Positions 10,467 to 19,783 of a stretch of 64,000 nt of DNA are shown piece by piece (the first letter of the stretch is position 1; each line of letters begins with the position of its first letter). Under the pieces are notes generated by a model. That model worked only from the letters and a program-made list of their open reading frames with translations, did no database searches and had not been told where the DNA came from. The translations under genes and the position numbers were made by a program. The DNA comes from Desulfatiglandales bacterium (GTDB lineage Bacteria > Desulfobacterota > DSM-4660 > Desulfatiglandales > Desulfatiglandaceae): contig OY759599.1 of the NCBI GenBank assembly GCA_963662465.1, positions 1,504,001 through 1,568,000 of the forward strand, given 5' to 3'.

Positions 10467-12047
10467 ATGTCCATGCCGCCGCTTAAGCTGCCCATTGATC
10501 TGCAATCCTTTGAAATCATCCGCGGGGAAGGCTTTTTGTACGTAGACAAAACCCCCTGGATTCACAAAATGCTGGAGGAGGGGCGCTATTACTTTCTGGC
10601 CCGGCCCCGCCGGTTTGGAAAAACCCTCATGGTCTCCACCCTGCGGAACCTGTTTGCCGGCAACAGGGACCTGTTCAAGGGGCTTTGGGTCGACACCCAC
10701 GGAAACTGGTCGTGGGAAACCTATCCCGTCATTTTGCTGGATTTCAATGCTATCCCCCGTGAAACGCCTGAAAATTTCCGTCTGGCGCTTGACCGGCGAC
10801 TGACAACAGTGGCTGAAACCTTTGGACTCGTATTGAAGGAGCCCTTGCTGGGGCAGAAGTTTGAGGAACTGATTCTGGCCCTTTTCAAAAAAACCGGCCA
10901 ACCGGTTGTCTTCCTCATCGACGAATACGACAAACCCATCATCGATCACCTGGGCAAGGGCGATGCGGCCATGGAGATTGCTAAAGCCAACCGGGACATC
11001 CTCAAGTCTTTCCTGGGAACGCTCAAAGGGGCGGATGTGGCGAGCCACACCCGGTTCGTTTTCATTACAGGCGTCTCCAAATTCAGCCGGGTGTCGATCT
11101 TTTCGGACCTCAACAATCTGATCGATATCACCATGGATGATCGCTATGCCGCCATGCTGGGCTATACGGAAGATGAACTGTCAAGTAATTTTGCGTGGCA
11201 TTTGGAAAAACTCCATGAACACCTGAAGATGTCGCCTGCCGCAGTGCGTGAGCAACTGCGCAGATATTACGATGGCTACCGCTTTTCAGAGGCTGATGTG
11301 AAAGTGTACAACCCGTTTTCACTGTTGCGGGCCATGGCGTCGAGCAAGATCAAAAATTACTGGTTTGAAAGCGGAACGCCCAGTTTTCTCGTCAATCTTC
11401 TCAAACAAACGGATTATGATCTCCCTAAAATTGAAGATCTGCAGGTGAGCGAACAGATTTTCAGCGTGTACGAGCTGGAACGGCTCAGTATTTCGGCCCT
11501 GCTGTTTCAGACGGGATACGTGACCATCAGAGACGTTCAAGACAGGCTGTTCACCCTGGGGTATCCCAATCAGGAGGTCAAAACCGGTTTTGTGGAATCG
11601 CTCCTCTATTCATTTGTACCGCCGCAAAAGGCAGAAGGGGTATCCCGATTTCTGATGCTGGCCAATTACCTGAAGACCGAAGATCTGGAAGCCTTTTTCG
11701 AGACCGTGAACGGCATTTTCGCTACCATCCCGTACACCCTCAAGGGGGAACCGAACGAGGCCTGGTTCCACACCCTGTTTTACCTGATGGTATCGGCATC
11801 CGGGGCTTATGTGCAGACGGAAGTGCTGACCTCCAGGGGCCGCATCGATATGGTCGTTCATTTTGCCGAGAAAATCTGGGTCATGGAATTCAAGTGCAAT
11901 CAGTCGGCCGAATCCGGCCTGAAACAGATTCGCGAAAAAGGCTATGCCGACCGATACAAAGGCCTGGGCAGGAAGCTGTTGCTTCTGGGCATCGGATTTG
12001 ATTCGAAAAACCGCTGCGTGGATGGGTGGCGGCAGGAAAAGCCTTAA
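10467..12047 (+). CDS. AAA-ATPase-like protein with C-terminal PD-(D/E)XK nuclease domain
   Basis: 'YVDKT', 'RPRRFGKT', 'IDEYDKP', 'YDGYRF..YNPFS', 'GRIDMV..MEFK'. Confidence 0.9.
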   Translation: MSMPPLKLPIDLQSFEIIRGEGFLYVDKTPWIHKMLEEGRYYFLARPRRFGKTLMVSTLRNLFAGNRDLFKGLWVDTHGNWSWETYPVILLDFNAIPRETPENFRLALDRRLTTVAETFGLVLKEPLLGQKFEELILALFKKTGQPVVFLIDEYDKPIIDHLGKGDAAMEIAKANRDILKSFLGTLKGADVASHTRFVFITGVSKFSRVSIFSDLNNLIDITMDDRYAAMLGYTEDELSSNFAWHLEKLHEHLKMSPAAVREQLRRYYDGYRFSEADVKVYNPFSLLRAMASSKIKNYWFESGTPSFLVNLLKQTDYDLPKIEDLQVSEQIFSVYELERLSISALLFQTGYVTIRDVQDRLFTLGYPNQEVKTGFVESLLYSFVPPQKAEGVSRFLMLANYLKTEDLEAFFETVNGIFATIPYTLKGEPNEAWFHTLFYLMVSASGAYVQTEVLTSRGRIDMVVHFAEKIWVMEFKCNQSAESGLKQIREKGYADRYKGLGRKLLLLGIGFDSKNRCVDGWRQEKP

Positions 12048-12064
12048 GTCCGGTCCTTCACATT

Positions 12065-12276
12065 TTATCCCAGCCAGGTAATTTGATACAGATCCTTACG
12101 ACGGCTTTCCAGGTTGCGGACGGTTCCGTGTTTCCGCGGCTCTTTTAACAGGTCCAGATCCACATCCGCAATCAGGGTCATTTCCGTGTTGGGGGTTGTT
12201 TCCGCCGGACATCCATATAATCGCTGATTTTCAGGTTTCTGATTTCCAAAATGTGATCGTAATCTGCTGTTTCCAT
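12065..12276 (-). pseudogene. Internally deleted GNAT/carbon-nitrogen hydrolase bifunctional gene (only both ends remain)
   Basis: ATG at 12276 gives METADYDHILEIRNLKISDYMDVR, joined out of frame to AETTPNTEMTLIADVDLDLLKEPRKHGTVRNLESRRKDLYQITWLG*, which resembles the C-terminus of that family. Confidence 0.7.
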
Positions 12277-12306
12277 TTAAATAATTTCCTCTAGTGATGA
12301 ATCCGG

Positions 12307-14019
12307 CTAAAATGATTTGAGCTTGCCCCCTTCTGCATACATCTTGAAAAACCGTTTTTCCGCTTCATCGGTGCCGATGATAATCAACTCATTGTTCTCA
12401 GACAGGCAAACAGAGGGGTCCGGGTTTATGACCATCTTCCCATCCTGACTCGTGGCAATGACATTGCAGCCGGTTTGCAGGCGGATACGGCTTTCCGCCA
12501 GGGATTTGCCCAGCAGAGAGGCGTTTACACCGACCCGAAATACATTCAACCCCTCCGCGAGCATCAACACTTTATCGGGTTTTAGAAGATTAAGAATCGT
12601 GTTGGCCGCCAGGGAAGCATAAGACATGACCAGGTCGGCCCCAGCCGTGTGCAGCTTTGAGATACTTCTGTCAAGGGTCGCCCGGCTGATAATCTGGATA
12701 TCGGGCCGTAATCTTCGACAGTAGATGGTCAGGTAGATATTGGTGGGGTCATCATGGGTGGTGATGATCACGGACGGGGCTTCCTTGATTCCCGCCCGGT
12801 TAAGCGTGTTGATGTCAGCGGCACTGCCATGGATATACCGGTCGTCTTCGACGCGCCGCTTGTTCTTTTCAATAATGCGATAATCGGCGCCCCCTTCTTC
12901 CAGGGCCTCCGCGGCGGCGCGGCCGACCCTGCCACCCCCCAGAATAAGAACCGGAGCCGGGGATTTCTGATAATCCCCGAAATGTTTGTCGTAGTTCTGA
13001 AGTTGTTCCGCCGTTCCGGCCATTAGAAGAACGGTAGTGGCATTGATGGGTGTTTCAGCTGTGGGGTTTAGAAAGGCGCCCCTCTCCCAAACACCCACAA
13101 TGGTAAGGCCCGTTGTCTCACGCAAGCCGCTTTGCTGAACTGTCTTGCCCACAAGGGTTGTCCTCATGGCGGGGGCCTCGGCCAGGAGGAGGGAATCGAT
13201 GCTGCCGATGACGTTTGCCCGGGCGCTCGTTTTGAGCACCCTTCTTGACAATGACCTGCCCAGCAGTGTCATGAACTGGAAAACGTGGGTGCTGCCGGCC
13301 AGTTGCAGGATATCCACGGAATCATCCAGATCGGCATTGGCGACAATGGGCACCTCTTTGGAAACTTCCCGAACGGTGAAAGCGATGTTGGTATTCATCA
13401 TGTCGTTAAGATTGGCGACCACCAGGGTGGCTTTCTCGACCTTGAGACGCCTGTAGGTTTCCGGATCACCCAGTTCACCCACCACGACTTTATAGTCCAG
13501 GTCAATGAGCTCCAACGCTTTCTTTACATCCTCCATGACGATGACATATTCATGCTCATAATGTCTCAGCCGGTCCACAAGGTTCATGGTGATAGGATCG
13601 TAGTGGGTCAGGATCACATGGTCTTTCATCTCCTCGGATACTTTCCGAGGGGCCCCGGCTTTGCTCTGGGCCTCCAGCCATGGTGCGTAAAAGAACTGGA
13701 TAAAGGTGAAGGGGAGCATGATGAGAAGCAATATGATACCGGAGAGGAGTACAACCATGGAGAATAATTTTCCCAGGTCCGAATGAAAGGTGATATCCCC
13801 GAACCCCAGGGTGGACATGACCGTAAGGGTCCAGTAAAACCCTGTAATCCAGCTGAATTCCTTGTTTTCCAGTTCCATCAGAAAATGAAACAGAACACTG
13901 TAGACGGTGATCATGGTGATCAGAAGGAGCAAAAACTTCAATAACATCTTGATGTTTCGCTCACTGGTCCCGGTGAGCATATAAACGAACTGTCCGAATA
14001 GAAATTTCACGATAAACAT
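12307..14019 (-). CDS. Potassium channel with tandem RCK (TrkA-N/TrkA-C) domains
   Basis: Two TM helices with pore motif 'TVMSTLGFGDI'; Rossmann 'ILGGGRVG'; two RCK_C-like segments. Confidence 0.9.
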   Translation of the reverse strand: MFIVKFLFGQFVYMLTGTSERNIKMLLKFLLLLITMITVYSVLFHFLMELENKEFSWITGFYWTLTVMSTLGFGDITFHSDLGKLFSMVVLLSGIILLLIMLPFTFIQFFYAPWLEAQSKAGAPRKVSEEMKDHVILTHYDPITMNLVDRLRHYEHEYVIVMEDVKKALELIDLDYKVVVGELGDPETYRRLKVEKATLVVANLNDMMNTNIAFTVREVSKEVPIVANADLDDSVDILQLAGSTHVFQFMTLLGRSLSRRVLKTSARANVIGSIDSLLLAEAPAMRTTLVGKTVQQSGLRETTGLTIVGVWERGAFLNPTAETPINATTVLLMAGTAEQLQNYDKHFGDYQKSPAPVLILGGGRVGRAAAEALEEGGADYRIIEKNKRRVEDDRYIHGSAADINTLNRAGIKEAPSVIITTHDDPTNIYLTIYCRRLRPDIQIISRATLDRSISKLHTAGADLVMSYASLAANTILNLLKPDKVLMLAEGLNVFRVGVNASLLGKSLAESRIRLQTGCNVIATSQDGKMVINPDPSVCLSENNELIIIGTDEAEKRFFKMYAEGGKLKSF

Positions 14020-14092
14020 CCCCCTGCCCGTCTTTCCCGTAACCCTTTAAGAGATCATGGGGATATTGACGTCGGGGATTCCCCCGAAGCGC

Positions 14093-14434
14093 CTATCTGT
14101 GCTTTTCCGCTTCCTTGAAGTATTCCATCTGGCTTCGAAGCCCCATGGCACGTTCCACGTCCATTACAAAGGCGATACCCGTGCCCGGTTCTTCAAAACG
14201 TCCAACCTGGTAAACGGCCTTGAGCACCGAATCCACCAGGTGCTCCTCCAAAAGGAAGAGGACCACATCGGTCTGTGCCTCGAGGGTCAGGCCGAAGAAG
14301 GTCTTTGCCTCGTGTATGCCGGTACCGCGGGCCGGAATAATGGTGGCCCCGGTACCGCCGGATGCCTTGGCGGCATCCACGATGCGATCGGTTTCCGTGG
14401 TTTTGACCATTACCACAATCAACTTCAGGTTCAT
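14093..14434 (-). CDS. P-II family regulator-like protein
   Basis: MNLKLIVVMV...'GGTGATIIPARGTG'...'PGTGIAFVMDV'; start immediately after the DUF1538 gene. Confidence 0.88.
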   Translation of the reverse strand: MNLKLIVVMVKTTETDRIVDAAKASGGTGATIIPARGTGIHEAKTFFGLTLEAQTDVVLFLLEEHLVDSVLKAVYQVGRFEEPGTGIAFVMDVERAMGLRSQMEYFKEAEKHR

Positions 14435-14435
14435 G

Positions 14436-15224
14436 TCACATCTCCTTTCTGCTTGCCCGCAATTTCCGCAGCTCAAGCCAGTGGGCAAGCTGAGCGTACC
14501 CCATTACCGTCATGATGGGAAAGACACTTGCAAAGGCAATCAATCCAAATCCGTCCAGTGCGGGATTGCGGCCCGGAATCGCTTCGGCCAGCCCCAGGCC
14601 CAGGGCGGCCACCAGGGGGACGGTCACTGTGGAAGTCGTGACCCCCCCTGAATCATAGGCAAGGGCGATGATCTCCCGGGGAGCAAATACCGTCTGAATG
14701 ACCACAATAACATATCCCGCAATGATATAAACATAAAGCGGCGTTCCCGTAACAATGCGAAATGTGCCGACGCCGATTCCGATGGCCACCCCGACGGCAA
14801 CGGCCAGCCGCAACCCCCACTGGCTCAGGGCGCCCCGAGAAACCTCGCCGGCTTTGTAGCACACCGCGATGAGCGCCGGCTCCGCAACGGTCGTGGCAAA
14901 TCCGATCAATGCCCCGAAGATATACACCCAGGCATAGGCATGCCAGGGGGCGGCCGCCGGTGGGGTTTTGGCTCCGAAAACAAATTCCGGTGATGACAGC
15001 TGTTTCGCCATGATCTTACCAATGGGAAAAAGCGCGGTCTCCAGTCCATCCAAAAAGAGGGCCAGCCCGACAAGAACGAATACGAAGCCGGCAACCACGC
15101 GTTTCCAATTGGGTATGGGCTTCCGCAAAACAACCAGCTGGAAAAACAACAGCAACGCCAGAACCGGAAAAACGTCTTTCACCGTCAGTACGAGGGTATG
15201 ACCGAATTTAAAGAGTAGTTCCAT
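14436..15224 (-). CDS. DUF1538 family membrane protein
   Basis: 'LFPIG', 'ATTVAEPAL', '[15 protein letters not shown]', '[10 protein letters not shown]'. Confidence 0.9.
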   Translation of the reverse strand: MELLFKFGHTLVLTVKDVFPVLALLLFFQLVVLRKPIPNWKRVVAGFVFVLVGLALFLDGLETALFPIGKIMAKQLSSPEFVFGAKTPPAAAPWHAYAWVYIFGALIGFATTVAEPALIAVCYKAGEVSRGALSQWGLRLAVAVGVAIGIGVGTFRIVTGTPLYVYIIAGYVIVVIQTVFAPREIIALAYDSGGVTTSTVTVPLVAALGLGLAEAIPGRNPALDGFGLIAFASVFPIMTVMGYAQLAHWLELRKLRASRKEM

Positions 15225-15239
15225 TTCAGTTTCCGTACC

Positions 15240-16010
15240 TCAGCGAAAAAAGATTAACCCGTAACCCATCACAAACACCATGGGCAATAACGAAGCGAAC
15301 GCAATCAGTCCGAAGCCGTCCACCAGCGGATTACGACCACGGATCGTGGAAGCCAGTCCCACACCGAGGGCTGTCACCAGGGGGACCGTCACGGTCGAAG
15401 TGGTAACACCCCCTGAGTCATAGGCAACACCCACGATCTCTTTCGGAGCAAAGATCGTCATGATCATAACAGCCACGTATCCGCCGATAATCAGGTATTG
15501 AACAGGCCACCCCTTGAGGATTCGGATGAGGCCCACCAGAATTGCAATGCCTACGGAAAATGCAACGGTGACTCGGAGCCCCATAGCATAAGACCCCATG
15601 GATGCCGGATCGGAGGCGATGAGTTTCCCATTAGCTGCCACCACGGAAGCCTCTTTGGCCACCGCAATGAGCGCCGGCTCCGCGATGGTGGTGGAGAAAC
15701 CGAGCCCAAATCCGAACAGGAGCAGCCAGAAAAGACTCCCCTTGCGGGCAAAAGCCTCCGCCATTGCCTCCCCTATGGGAAAGAGCCCTATCTCAAGCCC
15801 CACCACAAAAAGGGCCAACCCTAAAATGACGAGAACAAGTCCCACGAAGACATCCAGAACATCGGGAAAGGGCTGACGCACCACGGCCAATTGAAAGATC
15901 AGTATGACGAGTATGATGGGAAGAAGGTCCCGACAGGCGCCCAGGATGTTCAATCCAAATCTTTTGAGCGGATTGACAATATAATCTAATAGTTCAGTTT
16001 TTCCGGCCAT
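15240..16010 (-). CDS. DUF1538 family membrane protein (paralog)
   Basis: Same motifs: 'STTIAEPAL', '[15 protein letters not shown]', '[10 protein letters not shown]'. Confidence 0.9.
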   Translation of the reverse strand: MAGKTELLDYIVNPLKRFGLNILGACRDLLPIILVILIFQLAVVRQPFPDVLDVFVGLVLVILGLALFVVGLEIGLFPIGEAMAEAFARKGSLFWLLLFGFGLGFSTTIAEPALIAVAKEASVVAANGKLIASDPASMGSYAMGLRVTVAFSVGIAILVGLIRILKGWPVQYLIIGGYVAVMIMTIFAPKEIVGVAYDSGGVTTSTVTVPLVTALGVGLASTIRGRNPLVDGFGLIAFASLLPMVFVMGYGLIFFR

Positions 16011-16475
16011 ATGCTTTCAAAGCCCATTTGCGGCTATCTTTACAATATGCAACAACGCTTTTCGCCATCGCGGACGATTTCTTTTTCCTCAAGGATACGG
16101 AAGTCGTGAACCTCCGGCGAACCCAGGACTTCTGCGCCAAGGGTAGCGGGGGTGCATGGAACAAAGCAAAAAACGAGCCAGCGAAAAAGAGGCGGACATT
16201 GAAACGGGTAAACGCTTGAAATGACAAAAAAAAGGCCTTTAAACCAACCATGCCATAAATCTGATTAACTTCAAAGGTAATTCAGAACCGAAAGTTCCGA
16301 TGAAGAGAGGATAAGAACTCTCGATTCTCATCCGTAAAATCCCATGAAATCCCTCGATTAGGAAACCATCCTGCTGAAAGGATTATCATAATCAGGGAAA
16401 CCCATCGGCCTAAAACGTTTTGAAACCCTTCCACGACAACCCTTTTTTCAAAGCGGATGATGTGTCCCTATCCTC

Positions 16476-16628
16476 CGAAGCCTTACCAATGTGAGGAAGT
16501 TCATGAGTGCGGCCCGGGCCATATCCAGAGTAAAACCCATCGTCATTCTGAAATCGGGACGTTCCAGGGCCGGGGCAGCGGCCGCATCCTCACACACCGG
16601 CGCCCTTGCGGGGGAAGAGATCATCTGA
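16476..16628 (+). pseudogene. Internal fragment of ADP-forming acetate-CoA ligase / Pat-type protein
   Basis: Frame not in ORF track reads SLTNVRKFMSAARAISRVKPIVILKSGRSRAGAAAASSHTGALAGEE, including the 'SHTGALAG' motif. Confidence 0.8.
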
Positions 16629-19287
16629 CACACCGGCGTTTGATAGCTTTTTCTAATTCTACCGCCAGAAATACTACAGTGGAAAGTAGAATCGTTACGA
16701 CAAGTTCCCTGGTAGTGAGTGGTTCAGTCTTGAAAATGGGGTTCAGAAACGGCACATAGATAGTGGCCATCTGAAGGGCGAAGGTCAGCAAGACGGCGCC
16801 GAGGAGTGGTTTATTGGATAAAGCCCCTTGGGTGAAAAAAGACGCCTGTTCGGATCGAACGGCCAGCACGTGTCCCATCTGACTCAAGCAGAGGACGGTG
16901 AATACCATGGTCTGCCAATGTGTCCGGCTTCCGTCAATGAACAAGGCTTGGGTCAGGATGGATATGGCGCCCATGAGCAGCCCAACCCAGATAATGTGAG
17001 CGCCGAGGCCTTTGGCGAATATGCCTTCCTTCGAGTCCCTGGGGGGTCGGCTCATGATGTTTCTCTCTCCAGGTTCGGCGGCCAGGGCCAGACCGGGGAC
17101 TCCGTCGGTCACCAGGTTTATCCACAGGATGTGGATCGGAAGTAAGGGAATGGGGAGACCGAGGAAGGGCGCTAGAAAGATGGTCCAGATCTCGCCCGAA
17201 TTGCTGGTCATGGTGTATTTGATGAACTTGCGGATGTTGTCGAAGATGCGCCGACCTTCCCGGACGGCCTTGACGATGGTGGCAAAGTTGTCGTCCAACA
17301 GGATCATGTGGGAGGCTTCCTTGGACACATCGGTGCCGGTAATGCCCATCGCCACCCCGATATCGGCCCGTTTCAAAGCCGGGGCATCATTGACCCCGTC
17401 CCCGGTCATCGCCACAAAATGCCCCTTATCTTGAAGGGCCTTGACGATCTTGAGTTTCTGCTCGGGAGCGACCCGAGCGTAGACGCGTATCTTTTCCACC
17501 CTGTCTTCGAATTCCTCCATCGGAAGCTGTGCGAGCTCCCGGCCGGTCATAACCTTGTCCTCCCCGTGGATGATCCCTACCCGCCTGGCAATAACCTCGG
17601 CTGTCAGCGGATGGTCTCCCGTGATCATTACCGGCCGAATGCCGGCGGACCGGCACATGGCCACGGCCTCCCCCGCCTCCGGGCGAGGAGGATCCATCAT
17701 CCCGACGATCCCGATCAGGACCAGCCCCGTTTCCACTTCCGAAGAGGTCAAGGAACCAGGGAGGGCATCCCAGATCCGCAGGCCGAAACCCAAAGTCCGC
17801 AGACCGTCCCCGGCGATACGATCGGCAATCTCCAGGACCTGGGACCGATTAACCTCCTCCTGACCCTGACGGGTAAACACATTATTGGAACGTTCCAAGA
17901 TTTCTTCCACCGCCCCTTTGGTAAAAGAAACCACCCGACCTTTATCCCAGGGATGAAAGGTGGTCATCAACTTTCGGTTCGAGTCAAAAGGAAGCTCGGC
18001 CAGGCGCGGAAATGTTTCATCGAGTTTATCCCGAAGGAAGCCCTTTTCCAGGGCCAGGTTAAACAGGGCCGCTTCGGTCGGGTCCCCTATAACGACGTCG
18101 GAGGCCTCCTGACGGGCGTCATTGGAAAGGGCCAGAGCCGTGAGTAGCAGGTCGAGGGGTTTCCTGCCGGAGAGAGTTGCCCCCGCGCTATCCGGACCCG
18201 CCGTCGGTAGTTCTTCTGCCCGAAACAAACGGCCGTCGGCATAAATTTCTTCCACGGTCATCCGGTTCAAAGTCAGGGTCCCGGTTTTATCGGAGCAGAT
18301 ATAGGTAACCGATCCCAGGGTCTCCACCGCCGGCAGTTTTCGAATCAAAGCCTGCTGCTTGACCAGCTTCTTGGCCCCCAGAGCCAGTGAGATGGTAATG
18401 ACGGCAGGCAGGGCTTCCGGAATGGCCGACACCGCCAGGGATATGGCCGTGAGCAACATCAACAGCGGAGCCTCTCCCCGAAGGAGGCCTGTCACAAAAA
18501 CGATGGCACAAATGGCCAGGACGGCGTAAGCAAGCTTCTGCCCGAAAGAGGTCATCCGCTTCTGAAGCGGCGTCCGTCCTTCGTCCTGGTCCTGAAGCAG
18601 AGCGGCGATCCGCCCGAGTTCCGTTTGCATCCCGCTGCCCGTCACCAGGCCCCGCCCTCGGCCGTAGGTAACCACGGTTCCTTTATAGACCATGTTTTTA
18701 CGGTCGCCGATGGGTAGGTCCTCTTCCCTGATCGCCGTGGTATCTTTTTCCACCGGCACGGACTCACCCGTCAACGCCGCTTCATCGATACGAAGCTGGA
18801 TTGCTTCCATCAGCCGGATATCGGCCGGCGCCACGTTGCCGGCCTCCAGAATCACCATGTCACCAGGCACAAGCAGTTCCGCGGGGATCGATTCCGCCTG
18901 CCCGCTGCGAATGACGGTCGCCGAAGGTGCTGCCAGCTTTTTCAACGCAGCCATGGCCTTTTCGGCCCGGTATTCCTGAACGAACCCAAGCACGGCATTC
19001 AGAAGCACAATAACGGCGATGGCGATGGTATCCATTGGGTCGCCGATCACGCCGGCCACCACGGCGGCAGCGATCAGTACCAGGATCATGAAGTCTTTGA
19101 ACTGATCCAGAAACATCATCCACAACGATTTACGCCGTTTTTCGATCAGTTCATTGGGACCGTAGCGCTCCAGACGCTTATGGGCTTCCTCTGAAGCAAG
19201 GCCCTTACCGGACGACTGTAATTTCTCCAACACCTCCTTCGGGTCAAGTTGGTGCCAGTTGATTGATTTGTTATCTTCCGTGCTCAT
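16621..19287 (-). CDS. Cation-transporting P-type ATPase (type IIA, Ca2+-pump-like)
   Basis: 'LTGES', 'AIPEALP', 'CSDKTGT', 'MITGD', 'TGDGVNDAPAL', 'WINLVTD'. Confidence 0.95.
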   Translation of the reverse strand: MSTEDNKSINWHQLDPKEVLEKLQSSGKGLASEEAHKRLERYGPNELIEKRRKSLWMMFLDQFKDFMILVLIAAAVVAGVIGDPMDTIAIAVIVLLNAVLGFVQEYRAEKAMAALKKLAAPSATVIRSGQAESIPAELLVPGDMVILEAGNVAPADIRLMEAIQLRIDEAALTGESVPVEKDTTAIREEDLPIGDRKNMVYKGTVVTYGRGRGLVTGSGMQTELGRIAALLQDQDEGRTPLQKRMTSFGQKLAYAVLAICAIVFVTGLLRGEAPLLMLLTAISLAVSAIPEALPAVITISLALGAKKLVKQQALIRKLPAVETLGSVTYICSDKTGTLTLNRMTVEEIYADGRLFRAEELPTAGPDSAGATLSGRKPLDLLLTALALSNDARQEASDVVIGDPTEAALFNLALEKGFLRDKLDETFPRLAELPFDSNRKLMTTFHPWDKGRVVSFTKGAVEEILERSNNVFTRQGQEEVNRSQVLEIADRIAGDGLRTLGFGLRIWDALPGSLTSSEVETGLVLIGIVGMMDPPRPEAGEAVAMCRSAGIRPVMITGDHPLTAEVIARRVGIIHGEDKVMTGRELAQLPMEEFEDRVEKIRVYARVAPEQKLKIVKALQDKGHFVAMTGDGVNDAPALKRADIGVAMGITGTDVSKEASHMILLDDNFATIVKAVREGRRIFDNIRKFIKYTMTSNSGEIWTIFLAPFLGLPIPLLPIHILWINLVTDGVPGLALAAEPGERNIMSRPPRDSKEGIFAKGLGAHIIWVGLLMGAISILTQALFIDGSRTHWQTMVFTVLCLSQMGHVLAVRSEQASFFTQGALSNKPLLGAVLLTFALQMATIYVPFLNPIFKTEPLTTRELVVTILLSTVVFLAVELEKAIKRRCVR

Positions 19288-19375
19288 GGTTTTAATTCCC
19301 TTCTCTCAAACGGCCAAAGGCCCTTCAACCAATCGGCAATCCGATTCCCATGGGTAGCAAAATCCTGAAAGGGAA

Positions 19376-19455
19376 TCATGGGGTTTTTTTACTCAAAAGC
19401 CAGTAAGTGATGCCCAGCGCCAGAACCACCGCACCCGATGCATAGATGTATTGAG
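19376..19455 (-). pseudogene. C-terminal remnant resembling PsiE-family membrane protein
   Basis: 'YIYASGAVVLALGITYWLLSKK*' without the upstream family sequence. Confidence 0.45.
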
Positions 19456-19589
19456 GGTTGTTGGTGTTCGGCATCTTTTCCCTGATGGGACGGCTTCCGC
19501 TCGCCATCCAGAGCGTCTTCATCAGATGAACCTGTGCTAATCGGATAGGCATGGAATCATCCATCGGTATCATAAATTGAGGGGACAAT

Positions 19590-19766
19590 ATGCCAATGAA
19601 TCTGGATTTCTGGAAACTGCTTGCGGGACTCAGCATTTTCCTGTTTGGAATGCTTTTGGCGGCAGATCCTGGTTATGAGGATCAGTTTTCTTCTGCTCAG
19701 CCGTTGGCGCACCAAGCTGGTGACGCTTTGTCTCGTCAGCAAGGTTCAGGAACCGCTAAAACCTGA
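19590..19766 (+). pseudogene. N-terminal remnant resembling Na/Pi cotransporter
   Basis: GAGGGG RBS, then MPMNLDFWKLLAGLSIFLFGMLL followed by unrelated sequence and an early stop. Confidence 0.55.
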
Positions 19767-19783
19767 GTAATAAAATGTCTATT

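Noticed and set aside
10467..12047. Defence system call for the AAA/PD-(D/E)XK gene
   Set aside because: Widespread multicopy family, solitary here; nothing in the sequence supports a specific defence role
16011..16450. c-di-AMP (ydaO) riboswitch or real small ORFs upstream of DUF1538
   Set aside because: No riboswitch consensus recognised by eye and ORFs lack motifs; an Rfam scan would settle it
17308..18147. Long antisense ORFs such as this 279-aa one (also 8655-9314, 54153-54857, 45237-45824)
   Set aside because: Shadow frames opposite well-supported genes in GC-rich coding DNA
19706..19714. GGCGCACCA as the island's distal att site
   Set aside because: Only 9 bp and inverted relative to the tRNA; compatible with chance
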